The translations under genes were made by a program, and so were the position numbers. From the NCBI GenBank assembly GCA_031260605.1, contig JAISLF010000064.1, forward strand, positions 1-61,599: a DNA stretch of 61,599 nt, read 5' to 3'. Positions 53,990-61,278 of the stretch are shown one piece after another (within the stretch, counting starts at the first letter, position 1; every line of letters starts with the position of its first letter). The notes beneath the pieces were generated by a model, which worked only from the letters and a program-made list of their open reading frames with translations, made no database searches and was not told the DNA's origin. The DNA is from Oscillospiraceae bacterium. Its GTDB lineage: Bacteria; Bacillota; Clostridia; Oscillospirales; Oscillospiraceae.

Positions 53990-55786
53990 TCAATGGTTGT
54001 AACCCCCTTTCAAAAAGTCGTCGTTGATTTGGCAACCATAGACAAGCACCCCCGCGCTCATGCGACGGTAAGCAAAGCCTGCGCCCTCCATGGCCGCTTT
54101 GAAGTCTTGTGCGGTGCGGATATATTCGCCGTTGCGGTCACAATAATATCGGTAGGTGTTGTATAGGTCGCCGGATTTTTCGGTGTATGTTTTGTCAACC
54201 TCTACGCACTCGGTGATGAAATTTTTTAGCCAGTCGTTATCGGCGCGGTATTGGTCAATCGCCTGCTTGACGCATTCCGGCGGTTCGATGTGCCCGCCTG
54301 CGGCTATGAATTTGCGTGCGCCCTCAACTATCCACGCCAACACGGCCCCGCCGGCATTGCGGAATAGGTAGTCGCTATAATTTTTGATGTCGCTTTTGCC
54401 TGTGAACACGGCGTTAAACGGTACCACAATCAATCGCCGCCACGTTCCCGCGTCACTGCTGCCGATTTTTGGCAGGTGGTTTGTGTATAAAATGGTGGTG
54501 TGGGACGGCGTGAACACAAACGGGTCTTTATATTTCTTTTCGCCGCCGATTTTATCCGTGCTGCATATCTTTTTAACAAAGGACGCGTCAAGCCGGGTGC
54601 CTTCTTCCAGTTCCGGGGCTATAATCATGCGTTTGCCGCGCAACTCGCCCAACTCCCAATTTTTGCCGTTCTTGCGGCCTGTGGTCAGCGTTTCCGCGCT
54701 TATCTGCCCGGCATAGTCCCCCAACACCCGCGACGTTGTATTAAACAAGGTGCTTTTACCGTTTTGCCCGTCGCCATAGGCGATGATGAGGTTTTCCGCA
54801 AGCACCTTGCCGACGGCCACTTCCCCATGGATTAGTTGCAAATATTCTGCAAGTTCGCTGTCATTGCAGGTGGTGCGGGCGATATGGTCTGCCCATAGCT
54901 GCGCACCCTCGGTGCCGGGTGTAACCTCGGTCATTTTGGTGTGGAAGTTTTCAGGATTGTGCGGGTGCATTGTCCCGGTGCGCAAGTCAACCTCGCCGCC
55001 GGGCGTATTGAGCAGGTAGGCTTTTTTGTCCAGTTCCTGCGCCCTGATAGCAAGGGGTGTTTGGGCTTCGGTCATAATCCCGTTAATGGTGACACTATCC
55101 CGGCATTTCAAGATAAACCGCTGATAGGCCGCAATGGGCGCAAGGCCTTTTTTCGCTTTGGCCAGCAGGGCGGCCGCTGCGGCCTTGTCTGCGTCGCTGC
55201 CGCCCTGTTTGACTGCCGCCACTGCGTTTTCTACTTTTTCTACGCATTGCGTGGCTTTGCAGTAGGCGGGCGTGTTTTCTTCAAGCTGCCTTTCGGTCAG
55301 TTCATGCAGACACCCACGAGACGCGGCGGCGTTTTCTTCCCACACCTGCCCATTGTAAATAATGTACTTTGTGGCCGGGCAGTGGCGCAAACGCGCACTG
55401 TATTCACGCGCCAGCAATAAGGCTTCGCCCACGTCCGTGAAGTCTGTGGGTTCAAGGGTAAAGTCTTGGTCGGCGTTTTCCTTATAATCGGGATTGGCGG
55501 CGATTTGGTCTGCTGCGCGGGCAATACCGGTTTCGATGACAGCATGATGAAATTCTGCGTCGTCAAGCGGCGGGTCGCATTTGGCGTTGTTGGCGGCGGT
55601 GCATATTTCAAGGGTGCGTGCCGGGTCGTTGGTGGCGTACATTGTCCGAAAAGCAAGGTCATATATCATGCACTCACGGCCTTGCCCCTCGCTTAACTTT
55701 ATGCTTTTGCTCTGTGTAGGAATTGCCCGCCCCACAAGCGCGGGGACGGTTTCGGGCACGGTGTTCAAAAATGCTGTCAGGTTCAT
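53990..55786 (-). CDS. P4/D5-family primase-helicase (NTPase)
   Basis: 598 aa. Walker A GDGQNGKST and a D5_N/primase C-terminal-like organisation. ATGA overlap with the upstream gene. Confidence 0.82.
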   Translation of the reverse strand: MNLTAFLNTVPETVPALVGRAIPTQSKSIKLSEGQGRECMIYDLAFRTMYATNDPARTLEICTAANNAKCDPPLDDAEFHHAVIETGIARAADQIAANPDYKENADQDFTLEPTDFTDVGEALLLAREYSARLRHCPATKYIIYNGQVWEENAAASRGCLHELTERQLEENTPAYCKATQCVEKVENAVAAVKQGGSDADKAAAAALLAKAKKGLAPIAAYQRFILKCRDSVTINGIMTEAQTPLAIRAQELDKKAYLLNTPGGEVDLRTGTMHPHNPENFHTKMTEVTPGTEGAQLWADHIARTTCNDSELAEYLQLIHGEVAVGKVLAENLIIAYGDGQNGKSTLFNTTSRVLGDYAGQISAETLTTGRKNGKNWELGELRGKRMIIAPELEEGTRLDASFVKKICSTDKIGGEKKYKDPFVFTPSHTTILYTNHLPKIGSSDAGTWRRLIVVPFNAVFTGKSDIKNYSDYLFRNAGGAVLAWIVEGARKFIAAGGHIEPPECVKQAIDQYRADNDWLKNFITECVEVDKTYTEKSGDLYNTYRYYCDRNGEYIRTAQDFKAAMEGAGFAYRRMSAGVLVYGCQINDDFLKGGYNH

Positions 55787-56343
55787 TGTCCGTCCTCGCT
55801 TTCTCCGAAAAATTCTACTTGTGGCTTTTCTACTCCGAAAAAGAATCTTGCCGCGTCTTTTGCGTTTTGGTCAAATTGGGGGAAGTAGGCGCACACTTTG
55901 CTTTTCAAGGCGGTAAATGCCGCCGCGTCGGTAATGGGGTCGATTGCAAAATATACATGGAACCGGGGCCGGGGCGAATACGGCCCCTTTTGCTTCATAT
56001 GGTTGCGGCTGTATGATACATAGAACGGCACACCGGGAAACGCAGCTTGAATGTGCGCCGGGGTTATCCAGTCTGCGGGGTGGTCGCTGTGGGTGTTGTC
56101 GTTGTCATACATGGCCGCGTTGGCGCACTCAAAATCTTCAATGCACCTGTGGGCTGGGATTAGGTTTGTATGTTCCTTGTCCTTTGAGCGATACCCGGCC
56201 CGATACTTTGCCGAAACATGGTCACGGCTAACCGCCGCCCGGAAACTGTCAAGGTCGGTGACACGCACAGGGTGCGGGTATGAAGTGTTGTTTTGATTGC
56301 CTGTGCAATCGGCAACATACAAGGTAAATTCTGCGTATTTCAT
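55783..56343 (-). CDS. Primase-polymerase (prim-pol)-like protein
   Basis: 186 aa from the ATG at 56343. The ...RPRFHVYFAI... motif resembles bifunctional prim-pol/VirE-N domains. ATGA overlap with the upstream HTH gene. Confidence 0.5.
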   Translation of the reverse strand: MKYAEFTLYVADCTGNQNNTSYPHPVRVTDLDSFRAAVSRDHVSAKYRAGYRSKDKEHTNLIPAHRCIEDFECANAAMYDNDNTHSDHPADWITPAHIQAAFPGVPFYVSYSRNHMKQKGPYSPRPRFHVYFAIDPITDAAAFTALKSKVCAYFPQFDQNAKDAARFFFGVEKPQVEFFGESEDGQ

Positions 56344-56609
56344 TCTAACCCCCATTCCCACAGACCGCTTTTTTCGTCGGCCAGCGCGGCCAGCAGCTTT
56401 GTGTAATTGATGTACTGTGTGCGTCCGCTGCGCAAAATCGGTATTTTCTTGGTGGCGATGAGCCGCCGTATTGTCCGTTCGCGCAAGATACCCGTTGCCG
56501 CTGTTTCGCGCACGGTCAGCATAACCGGCTTTGCTATCCCAGTTGTGATTTTGGTTTCGTTCACGGTTTCGCCCCCTCTGAAAAATTTTCTTGTTTGCCC
56601 TGTTGACAT
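56340..56609 (-). CDS. Excisionase/AlpA-like helix-turn-helix protein
   Basis: 89 aa. MLTVRETAATGILRERTIRRLIATKKIPILRSGRTQYINYTKLLAAL fits the HTH_17 pattern. It is the first gene of the leftward operon. The exact start is uncertain. Confidence 0.6.
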   Translation of the reverse strand: MSTGQTRKFFRGGETVNETKITTGIAKPVMLTVRETAATGILRERTIRRLIATKKIPILRSGRTQYINYTKLLAALADEKSGLWEWGLE

Positions 56610-56631
56610 TCGCCAGAAAATGCGCTATAAT
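56603..56631 (+). promoter_or_regulatory. Consensus sigma-A promoter, rightward (repressor-integrase operon)
   Basis: TTGACA (56603-56608), 17-nt spacer, TATAAT (56626-56631). Confidence 0.6.
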
Positions 56632-56650
56632 CGGTTTAGCGCCTATTCTT

Positions 56651-56679
56651 ATTATAGACTACCGCTTGCGGAAAGTCAA
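56651..56679 (-). promoter_or_regulatory. Near-consensus sigma-A promoter, leftward (HTH-replication-packaging operon), face-to-face with the rightward promoter
   Basis: Minus strand TTGACT (56679-56674), 17-nt spacer, TATAAT (56656-56651). Confidence 0.55.
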
Positions 56680-56751
56680 ACAGGAAACGCGCAAAAATGG
56701 CTTGTAGCAAGTAAAACGGCAAGTCAATCAAGAAAAGGGGGCAATGTTACT

Positions 56752-57390
56752 TTGCTTACTGAAACGGATATTTTGAAGAAAACCATAGGCCAGCGCCTTG
56801 AAATGCTCCGCGAACAACGCGGGCTAAAACGTCAAGGGGTGTCCGACGAATTAAAGGGGGCTATTTCCCGCTCCGCTCTTGAACAGTTGGAAAAAGGCCT
56901 AACAGAGCCGCGCGCGCAAACGCTCTTGTTATTGTCGCGGTACTACAATGTCAGCGCGGATTTTCTCTTGACAGGGGCAAGCCCCGAAAACTTGGGGGCA
57001 TATCGTGAATTGGGGCTAACCGATGAAACGCTTGCCTTTTGGGAAAAGCAAATTGACATAGCGCGAAATGCAGAGAAGTTCGCGGCGTTTTCCGATGTGT
57101 TAAACACCCTCATGACAGACACCCGCTTTTTCAATCTGTTTTGGGGTCTTATCGTCTTGAATGCGGAATTGGACGCGGTGGACAAGGAAATTGCAGCGAT
57201 TGAATCAGAAATGCCCGCAATAGACTTGTCAAAAACAGTGCGCACACAAGACGTTGAATTGCTGAAAAAGTATAGTCAGACAAAAGGGCGTGTTGCGCCT
57301 TTGCAGGAACGCCGGGACTTTTTGCAATATCGCTATCAAAAGGAAGTTGAAGCGCTGTTTATTTCCTATATCAAGGGGGACGGTGAATAA
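56752..57390 (+). CDS. XRE-family (cI-like) transcriptional repressor
   Basis: 212 aa from the TTG at 56752, with AAGGGGG 10 nt upstream. HTH IGQRLEMLREQRGLKRQGVSDEL...SALEQLEKG. The ORF-track start at 56407 is antisense to the HTH gene and unlikely. Confidence 0.7.
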   Translation: MLTETDILKKTIGQRLEMLREQRGLKRQGVSDELKGAISRSALEQLEKGLTEPRAQTLLLLSRYYNVSADFLLTGASPENLGAYRELGLTDETLAFWEKQIDIARNAEKFAAFSDVLNTLMTDTRFFNLFWGLIVLNAELDAVDKEIAAIESEMPAIDLSKTVRTQDVELLKKYSQTKGRVAPLQERRDFLQYRYQKEVEALFISYIKGDGE

Positions 57391-58778
57391 TGGCGACTGT
57401 CACAAAACGCGGCATTTCATTTAGAATTACGGTTTCCCTCGGCTACGGCAAGAGCGAAACAGGCGAATACAAGCAAATTCGCAAGACTTTAACGTACACC
57501 CCGCCAGCAGGAACGGCACCGCAAAAGGCGCGGAAACTTGCCGATGAACAAGTGGTATTGTTTGAGCAACGTGTCAGGGGTCTGCCGTCCTACGGCGAAA
57601 ATATGACGTTTTCACAGCTTTGCGACTGGTTCTTTTCCACCATTGCGCCAAACAAGATAAGAGAACGGACACAAGACAATTACAAAAGCAACCTCAATTA
57701 TTACGTCCTGCCTACATTCAGCAACACCAAACTAAAAGACATGACAGCGGCCCGGCTTGATATGCTCTATGCCGATATGCAAAAGGGCGGCGGTGTGGGC
57801 GAAACGGTGACGTTGCGGGAAAACTCCACCTTGCCGGAATTGGTGAAAAACAAAGCTGTCAAGACGGCAAAAGAAATGGGTGTGTCAGATGTCGCCCTGC
57901 GAAAAGCCGTGCGCGGTGAACGGCTTCGCGGCGATACCGCCGAAAAGATAGCCGCCTACTTCGGGCAAAAACTATCGGAAATGTTCGTCACCGAAAAAGC
58001 ACAAAAGCCTTTGTCGGCTCATTGCGTTCATGGCGTTGTAACTGTCCTGTCCAGTATCTTTCAATCGGCCTACAAGGCGGGCATTGTCAAAGAAAACCCC
58101 ATACGACGCACCACGCCACCAAAGCATGAGGGCAAAGCCACAAGCACCGCATTTCTCGATGAAGAACAAGCGCGGCAATTTGTGGCGTTGCTGGACGCAC
58201 AACCCCAAAGCACCTACAAGGCCGCCTTTTTCGTCTTGCTCTATGTCGGCTTGCGGTCGGGTGAATTGCGCGCCCTACACTGGGAAGATGTGGACTTGTC
58301 CGGCGGTTTGCTCTATGTCCGGCATGGGCTATATGAAAAAGACGGGGCCTATACACTCACCCCGCCGAAAAATAATTCCAGCATTCGCGCCTTGAAATTA
58401 CCGCAAGATATTATCGACGTGCTAACCGATTACAAGGCATGGCAGGACGAACAAGCCGCCGCCCTCGGTACCCGTTGGAAGGACAACGGCATTGTATTCC
58501 CAAACACCAAAGGTGGCTACTTGGACGGGCAAGCGTTCAACAAAAAGCTGAAACAGTTGATTGCTGGCACGGATTTGCCGGACATTCACCTGCACAGCCT
58601 ACGCCACACAACGGCAAGCCTGTTGATAAACAACCATGAAACGGCGGCCACAGTGTCCGCACAACTCGGCCACAGTAGCATTGACACCACAAACCGCGTC
58701 TACGTCCACAGCTTCAAGGCCGCGCAAGCGTCGGCGGCAGTGGGATTACAAACGCTATTGCGCAAGCAAACTGTATAG
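57390..58778 (+). CDS. int: Tyrosine recombinase/integrase with an N-terminal arm-binding domain
   Basis: 462 aa. Catalytic-domain motifs (LRSGELRAL, HSLRHTTASLL, LGHSSIDTTNRVYVH). Its start overlaps the repressor stop (TAATG). Confidence 0.9.
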   Translation: MATVTKRGISFRITVSLGYGKSETGEYKQIRKTLTYTPPAGTAPQKARKLADEQVVLFEQRVRGLPSYGENMTFSQLCDWFFSTIAPNKIRERTQDNYKSNLNYYVLPTFSNTKLKDMTAARLDMLYADMQKGGGVGETVTLRENSTLPELVKNKAVKTAKEMGVSDVALRKAVRGERLRGDTAEKIAAYFGQKLSEMFVTEKAQKPLSAHCVHGVVTVLSSIFQSAYKAGIVKENPIRRTTPPKHEGKATSTAFLDEEQARQFVALLDAQPQSTYKAAFFVLLYVGLRSGELRALHWEDVDLSGGLLYVRHGLYEKDGAYTLTPPKNNSSIRALKLPQDIIDVLTDYKAWQDEQAAALGTRWKDNGIVFPNTKGGYLDGQAFNKKLKQLIAGTDLPDIHLHSLRHTTASLLINNHETAATVSAQLGHSSIDTTNRVYVHSFKAAQASAAVGLQTLLRKQTV

Positions 58779-58848
58779 CAAATTGAATAGCACGACGAAA
58801 AGCCCCGCTGAAAACGTCTTGAAAACGCTTTCGGCGGGGTTGATGTTT

Positions 58849-58884
58849 GGTGTTTATTTGGTGTTTATTGGTGCGATAAACACC
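58849..58884. repeat. Three GGTGTTTAT motifs (two direct, one inverted); candidate integrase arm-type sites at the right end
   Basis: 58849-58857 and 58860-58868 are direct copies. 58876-58884 (ataaacacc) is inverted. They lie 100-135 nt from the 9-bp core. Confidence 0.4.
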
Positions 58885-58983
58885 AATATTTCACGCTGCA
58901 TAGTGCAACGGTAAAAGTCAACAAATGCATCAATAGCAAGGAAAATGAAAAGTGGCGCAACGTCCGTAAACGCTACGCCACCT

Positions 58984-59039
58984 TGGCGGAGAGGGTGGGA
59001 TTCGAACCCACGCTACCTTGCGGTAGACCTGATTTCGAG
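58984..59039 (-). pseudogene. 3' half of a tRNA-Ser (anticodon loop CUCGAAA to CCA); displaced att fragment, not a complete tRNA
   Basis: Minus strand ctcgaaa-tcagg-t-ctaccgcaaggtag-c-gtgggttcgaatcccac-cctctcc-g-cca. This gives an anticodon loop, a 3' anticodon stem strand, a long variable arm, a canonical T arm (GGTTCGAATCC), an acceptor 3' strand, discriminator G and CCA. The sequence upstream does not form an anticodon stem, D arm or matching acceptor 5' strand. Confidence 0.7.
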
Positions 59040-59403
59040 GCGAAATTTCCGCTCATATCTCCGCATAACTCCTTATATCGTCCCTGTCCAAATGGGCTTA
59101 AAATAAGGCTTTTCACGTTTTTTCTTATAAGCCTTTATAAGCCCAATTTTTTGTGCCTTGAAGCCCTCGGCAACATTTTTCCTACACGAGTTTTCTTGGC
59201 ACATTTTTATTGTAGCCATAGAATCTCATTTTTTGACTTGTTTTTTCAGCAAACAAAAAAGTGTTAGAAAAATCATACGAGATATTTCTGAATGGTCGTA
59301 TGACCTATAACCTCTATGTGTCGTCGCTATTATACAGCGCAATCTGCAAAATTTCAATATGTATTTGCGGCAAGCATTTTTCACTATGCCGCCGCATTTA
59401 GGA

Positions 59404-60681
59404 TTATCGAGAGTCCCTGTCATTTTTCTTTTTGGCTGTACGCGCTTGCATATCTCTGTTTGGATGGAGCGCGTTGTGATATGCGTCGAGTACAACAAGT
59501 TTTCGGCTGTTCCGCACATCAACATACCGTGCCGTTACATCTGCCATATTGGTGGAGATACCGAGCGATAGCCCAATGCCCTTTAACGAGTGTCCCAATA
59601 CCTGCCCCACCGTATAAAAATCGCCTGTCAGTTCGTGCATATTGGTAGCTGCGCTGTGACGTAAATCGTGAAAACGGATGTGTGGCATATTCAGATGGCG
59701 AAGCAGTTGACCGAAATTACAGGTCACGCGGTCTGGACGCAAGGGAGAACCATCCGCTTGTGATATGACAAGATTATTCTCGTAATATGGCATACCCGAA
59801 AACTCAGTAAGTTCTCGTTTTTTCTGTTGCATTTCAAACTGTTTTTTGAAATATGGCAAGGTCGCGTCCGTAATCGGCAAAACACGGTCATTAGATTTGG
59901 TTGGCGCAAATTCTTCAATGATAGTTGTCTTGGGCGGCACTTTGAAAGGCATTTGTTCTACAACCGAAAAGGTACGATTCTCTAAATCGACGTTCTGCCA
60001 ACGCAAGCCTAACACCTCATTTCGTCGCAGACCATACATACCGCTCAACACGATAATCATTTCCCACTCAGTACCTACGCATTTACTCATAAGTCCCTGC
60101 ATTTGCTCCACCGTGTAAGGGTCGGGCGTTTTTCCGTCTTTGCCAATCTTCGTCAAGATGTCCCGCGCGGGGTTTCCTTGAATATAGCCGTATTTTCTCG
60201 CTCCCTCAAATGCCACGCTCAAAATGCGCTGTGCATAACGCAGGGTACTTTGGGAAAGTTTGCGCTCATTGAGTTTCGCCAGCATATCGTCAATCATTTT
60301 TGGGGTCAACCGATTCAGGGGAACATTCCCGATATAAGGGACGATGTGATTTTTGATATGACTTTTATATCCCGAAAATGTGCTTGGGCGCAGATTCGCC
60401 TTGCCGTGCGCTTCAACCCATTCTTCAAGATATTGTTTGACTGTCTGTTTTGCGTCGGCGGCTTTGACGGGTTCATACCCGCCAAAAGACAGCTTTTTCC
60501 GCATTTCTGTTTCATGCTCCACGGCTTCCGGCTTGGTAAGGAAACCGCGTTTGCCATAGGTTTGATATTCGCCATCTTCATCCTTATATTTTAGGTTGAC
60601 ATCGTAGACGGTTCCGGCTTTGCCAGACTTTGTGCCATCTGCATTTTTCTTGTTGACAACCTTGCGTGTAGTAACTGCCAT
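59404..60681 (-). CDS. int: Tyrosine recombinase/integrase with an N-terminal arm-type DNA-binding domain
   Basis: 425 aa. N-terminus GTVYDVNLKYKDEDGEYQTYGKRGFLTKPEAVEHE. Catalytic motifs (GLRRNEVLGL, HDLRHSAATNM, LGHS...TARYV). Confidence 0.9.
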   Translation of the reverse strand: MAVTTRKVVNKKNADGTKSGKAGTVYDVNLKYKDEDGEYQTYGKRGFLTKPEAVEHETEMRKKLSFGGYEPVKAADAKQTVKQYLEEWVEAHGKANLRPSTFSGYKSHIKNHIVPYIGNVPLNRLTPKMIDDMLAKLNERKLSQSTLRYAQRILSVAFEGARKYGYIQGNPARDILTKIGKDGKTPDPYTVEQMQGLMSKCVGTEWEMIIVLSGMYGLRRNEVLGLRWQNVDLENRTFSVVEQMPFKVPPKTTIIEEFAPTKSNDRVLPITDATLPYFKKQFEMQQKKRELTEFSGMPYYENNLVISQADGSPLRPDRVTCNFGQLLRHLNMPHIRFHDLRHSAATNMHELTGDFYTVGQVLGHSLKGIGLSLGISTNMADVTARYVDVRNSRKLVVLDAYHNALHPNRDMQARTAKKKNDRDSR

Positions 60682-60682
60682 C

Positions 60683-60919
60683 TTATTCAGCCCCTTTCTT
60701 CATAGTAGGAGTAATTCGGTTACGCTGATACCAATCCCAAATGGCTTGGTCAGCAAGCAAACGCCGATTTCCGTTTTCGACGTACTCAATTTCGTGGTTA
60801 TCCATGAGTTCACGCAGTTTGTTTTCTCCGATTCCGCTTATCCTGCTCATAAGTTCAACTGATTTCAACATGGGGAGCATTTCGGGAGCAGGAGCGGCAG
60901 TCTTAATTTTTGTCGCCAT
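60683..60919 (-). CDS. xis: Excisionase-family DNA-binding protein
   Basis: 78 aa from the ATG at 60919, with GGAGGG 7 nt upstream. LKSVELMSRISGIGENKLRELMDNHEIEYVENGNRRLL fits the excisionase HTH pattern. It lies immediately upstream of int. Confidence 0.65.
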   Translation of the reverse strand: MATKIKTAAPAPEMLPMLKSVELMSRISGIGENKLRELMDNHEIEYVENGNRRLLADQAIWDWYQRNRITPTMKKGAE

Positions 60920-60921
60920 AC

Positions 60922-61278
60922 TCACGCCCTCCATTTCAGCCCCACGCTGACCGCCAACGCCTTGTCAACCTCCTGCATAACGGGCTGCTCCAATGCACCG
61001 ACATAATCCCTCAGACGCTTCTTGTCGATTGTACGGATTTGCTCCAACAGCACAATAGAATCGCGGTCAAGCCCGTTTGTCGCTCCCAAAAGGCAATGGG
61101 TGGGTAGCATAGCTTTCATGGCTTTACTGGTGATTGCCGCGATGATGACGGTAGGGCTGTGCTTGTTGCCAATATCGTTCTGAATAACAAGAACAGGACG
61201 AATACCGCCCTGTTCGCTGCCGACAACGGGGTTTAAGTCGGCGTAGTATAAATCGCCCCGTAATATGGAATTGTTCAT
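60922..61278 (-). CDS. mazF: MazF/PemK (EndoA-like) type II toxin endoribonuclease
   Basis: 118 aa from the ATG at 61278, with AAGGAGG upstream. [45 protein letters not shown]...[13 protein letters not shown] is very close to the Bacillus EndoA pattern. Confidence 0.88.
   Translation of the reverse strand: MNNSILRGDLYYADLNPVVGSEQGGIRPVLVIQNDIGNKHSPTVIIAAITSKAMKAMLPTHCLLGATNGLDRDSIVLLEQIRTIDKKRLRDYVGALEQPVMQEVDKALAVSVGLKWRA

Larger units (their letters stand above)
46460..58983. mobile_element. Integrated 12.5-kb tail-less capsid/packaging/replication island (cf-PICI-like phage satellite or small defective prophage)
   Basis: Genes present: integrase, XRE repressor, two excisionase-type HTH proteins, prim-pol, P4/D5-type primase-helicase, portal, prohead-protease-capsid fusion, head-tail connector, HNH, small and large terminase, and head closure. 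No tail, tape-measure, baseplate or lysis genes are present. It is bounded by the 9-bp direct repeat, with GGTGTTTAT arm-like repeats near both ends. Confidence 0.7.

Noticed and set aside
53760-54035. 91-aa minus-strand ORF between the primase and portal genes.
   Set aside because: It is made up of the iteron/AT-rich region and overlaps the primase 3' end. It has no SD and is better explained as a cis-acting site.
56407-56751. The long N-terminal extension of the repressor ORF, as given in the ORF track.
   Set aside because: The extension is antisense to the HTH gene and lies upstream of the mapped consensus promoter. A TTG start at 56752 with a nearby SD yields a normal XRE protein.
58984-59079. 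A complete tRNA gene on the minus strand.
   Set aside because: Only the segment from the anticodon loop to CCA is tRNA-like. The candidate 5' acceptor strand (ggagata) mismatches cctctcc at two positions. No D arm or 5' anticodon stem strand is present, and the total length would be too short for a type II tRNA.
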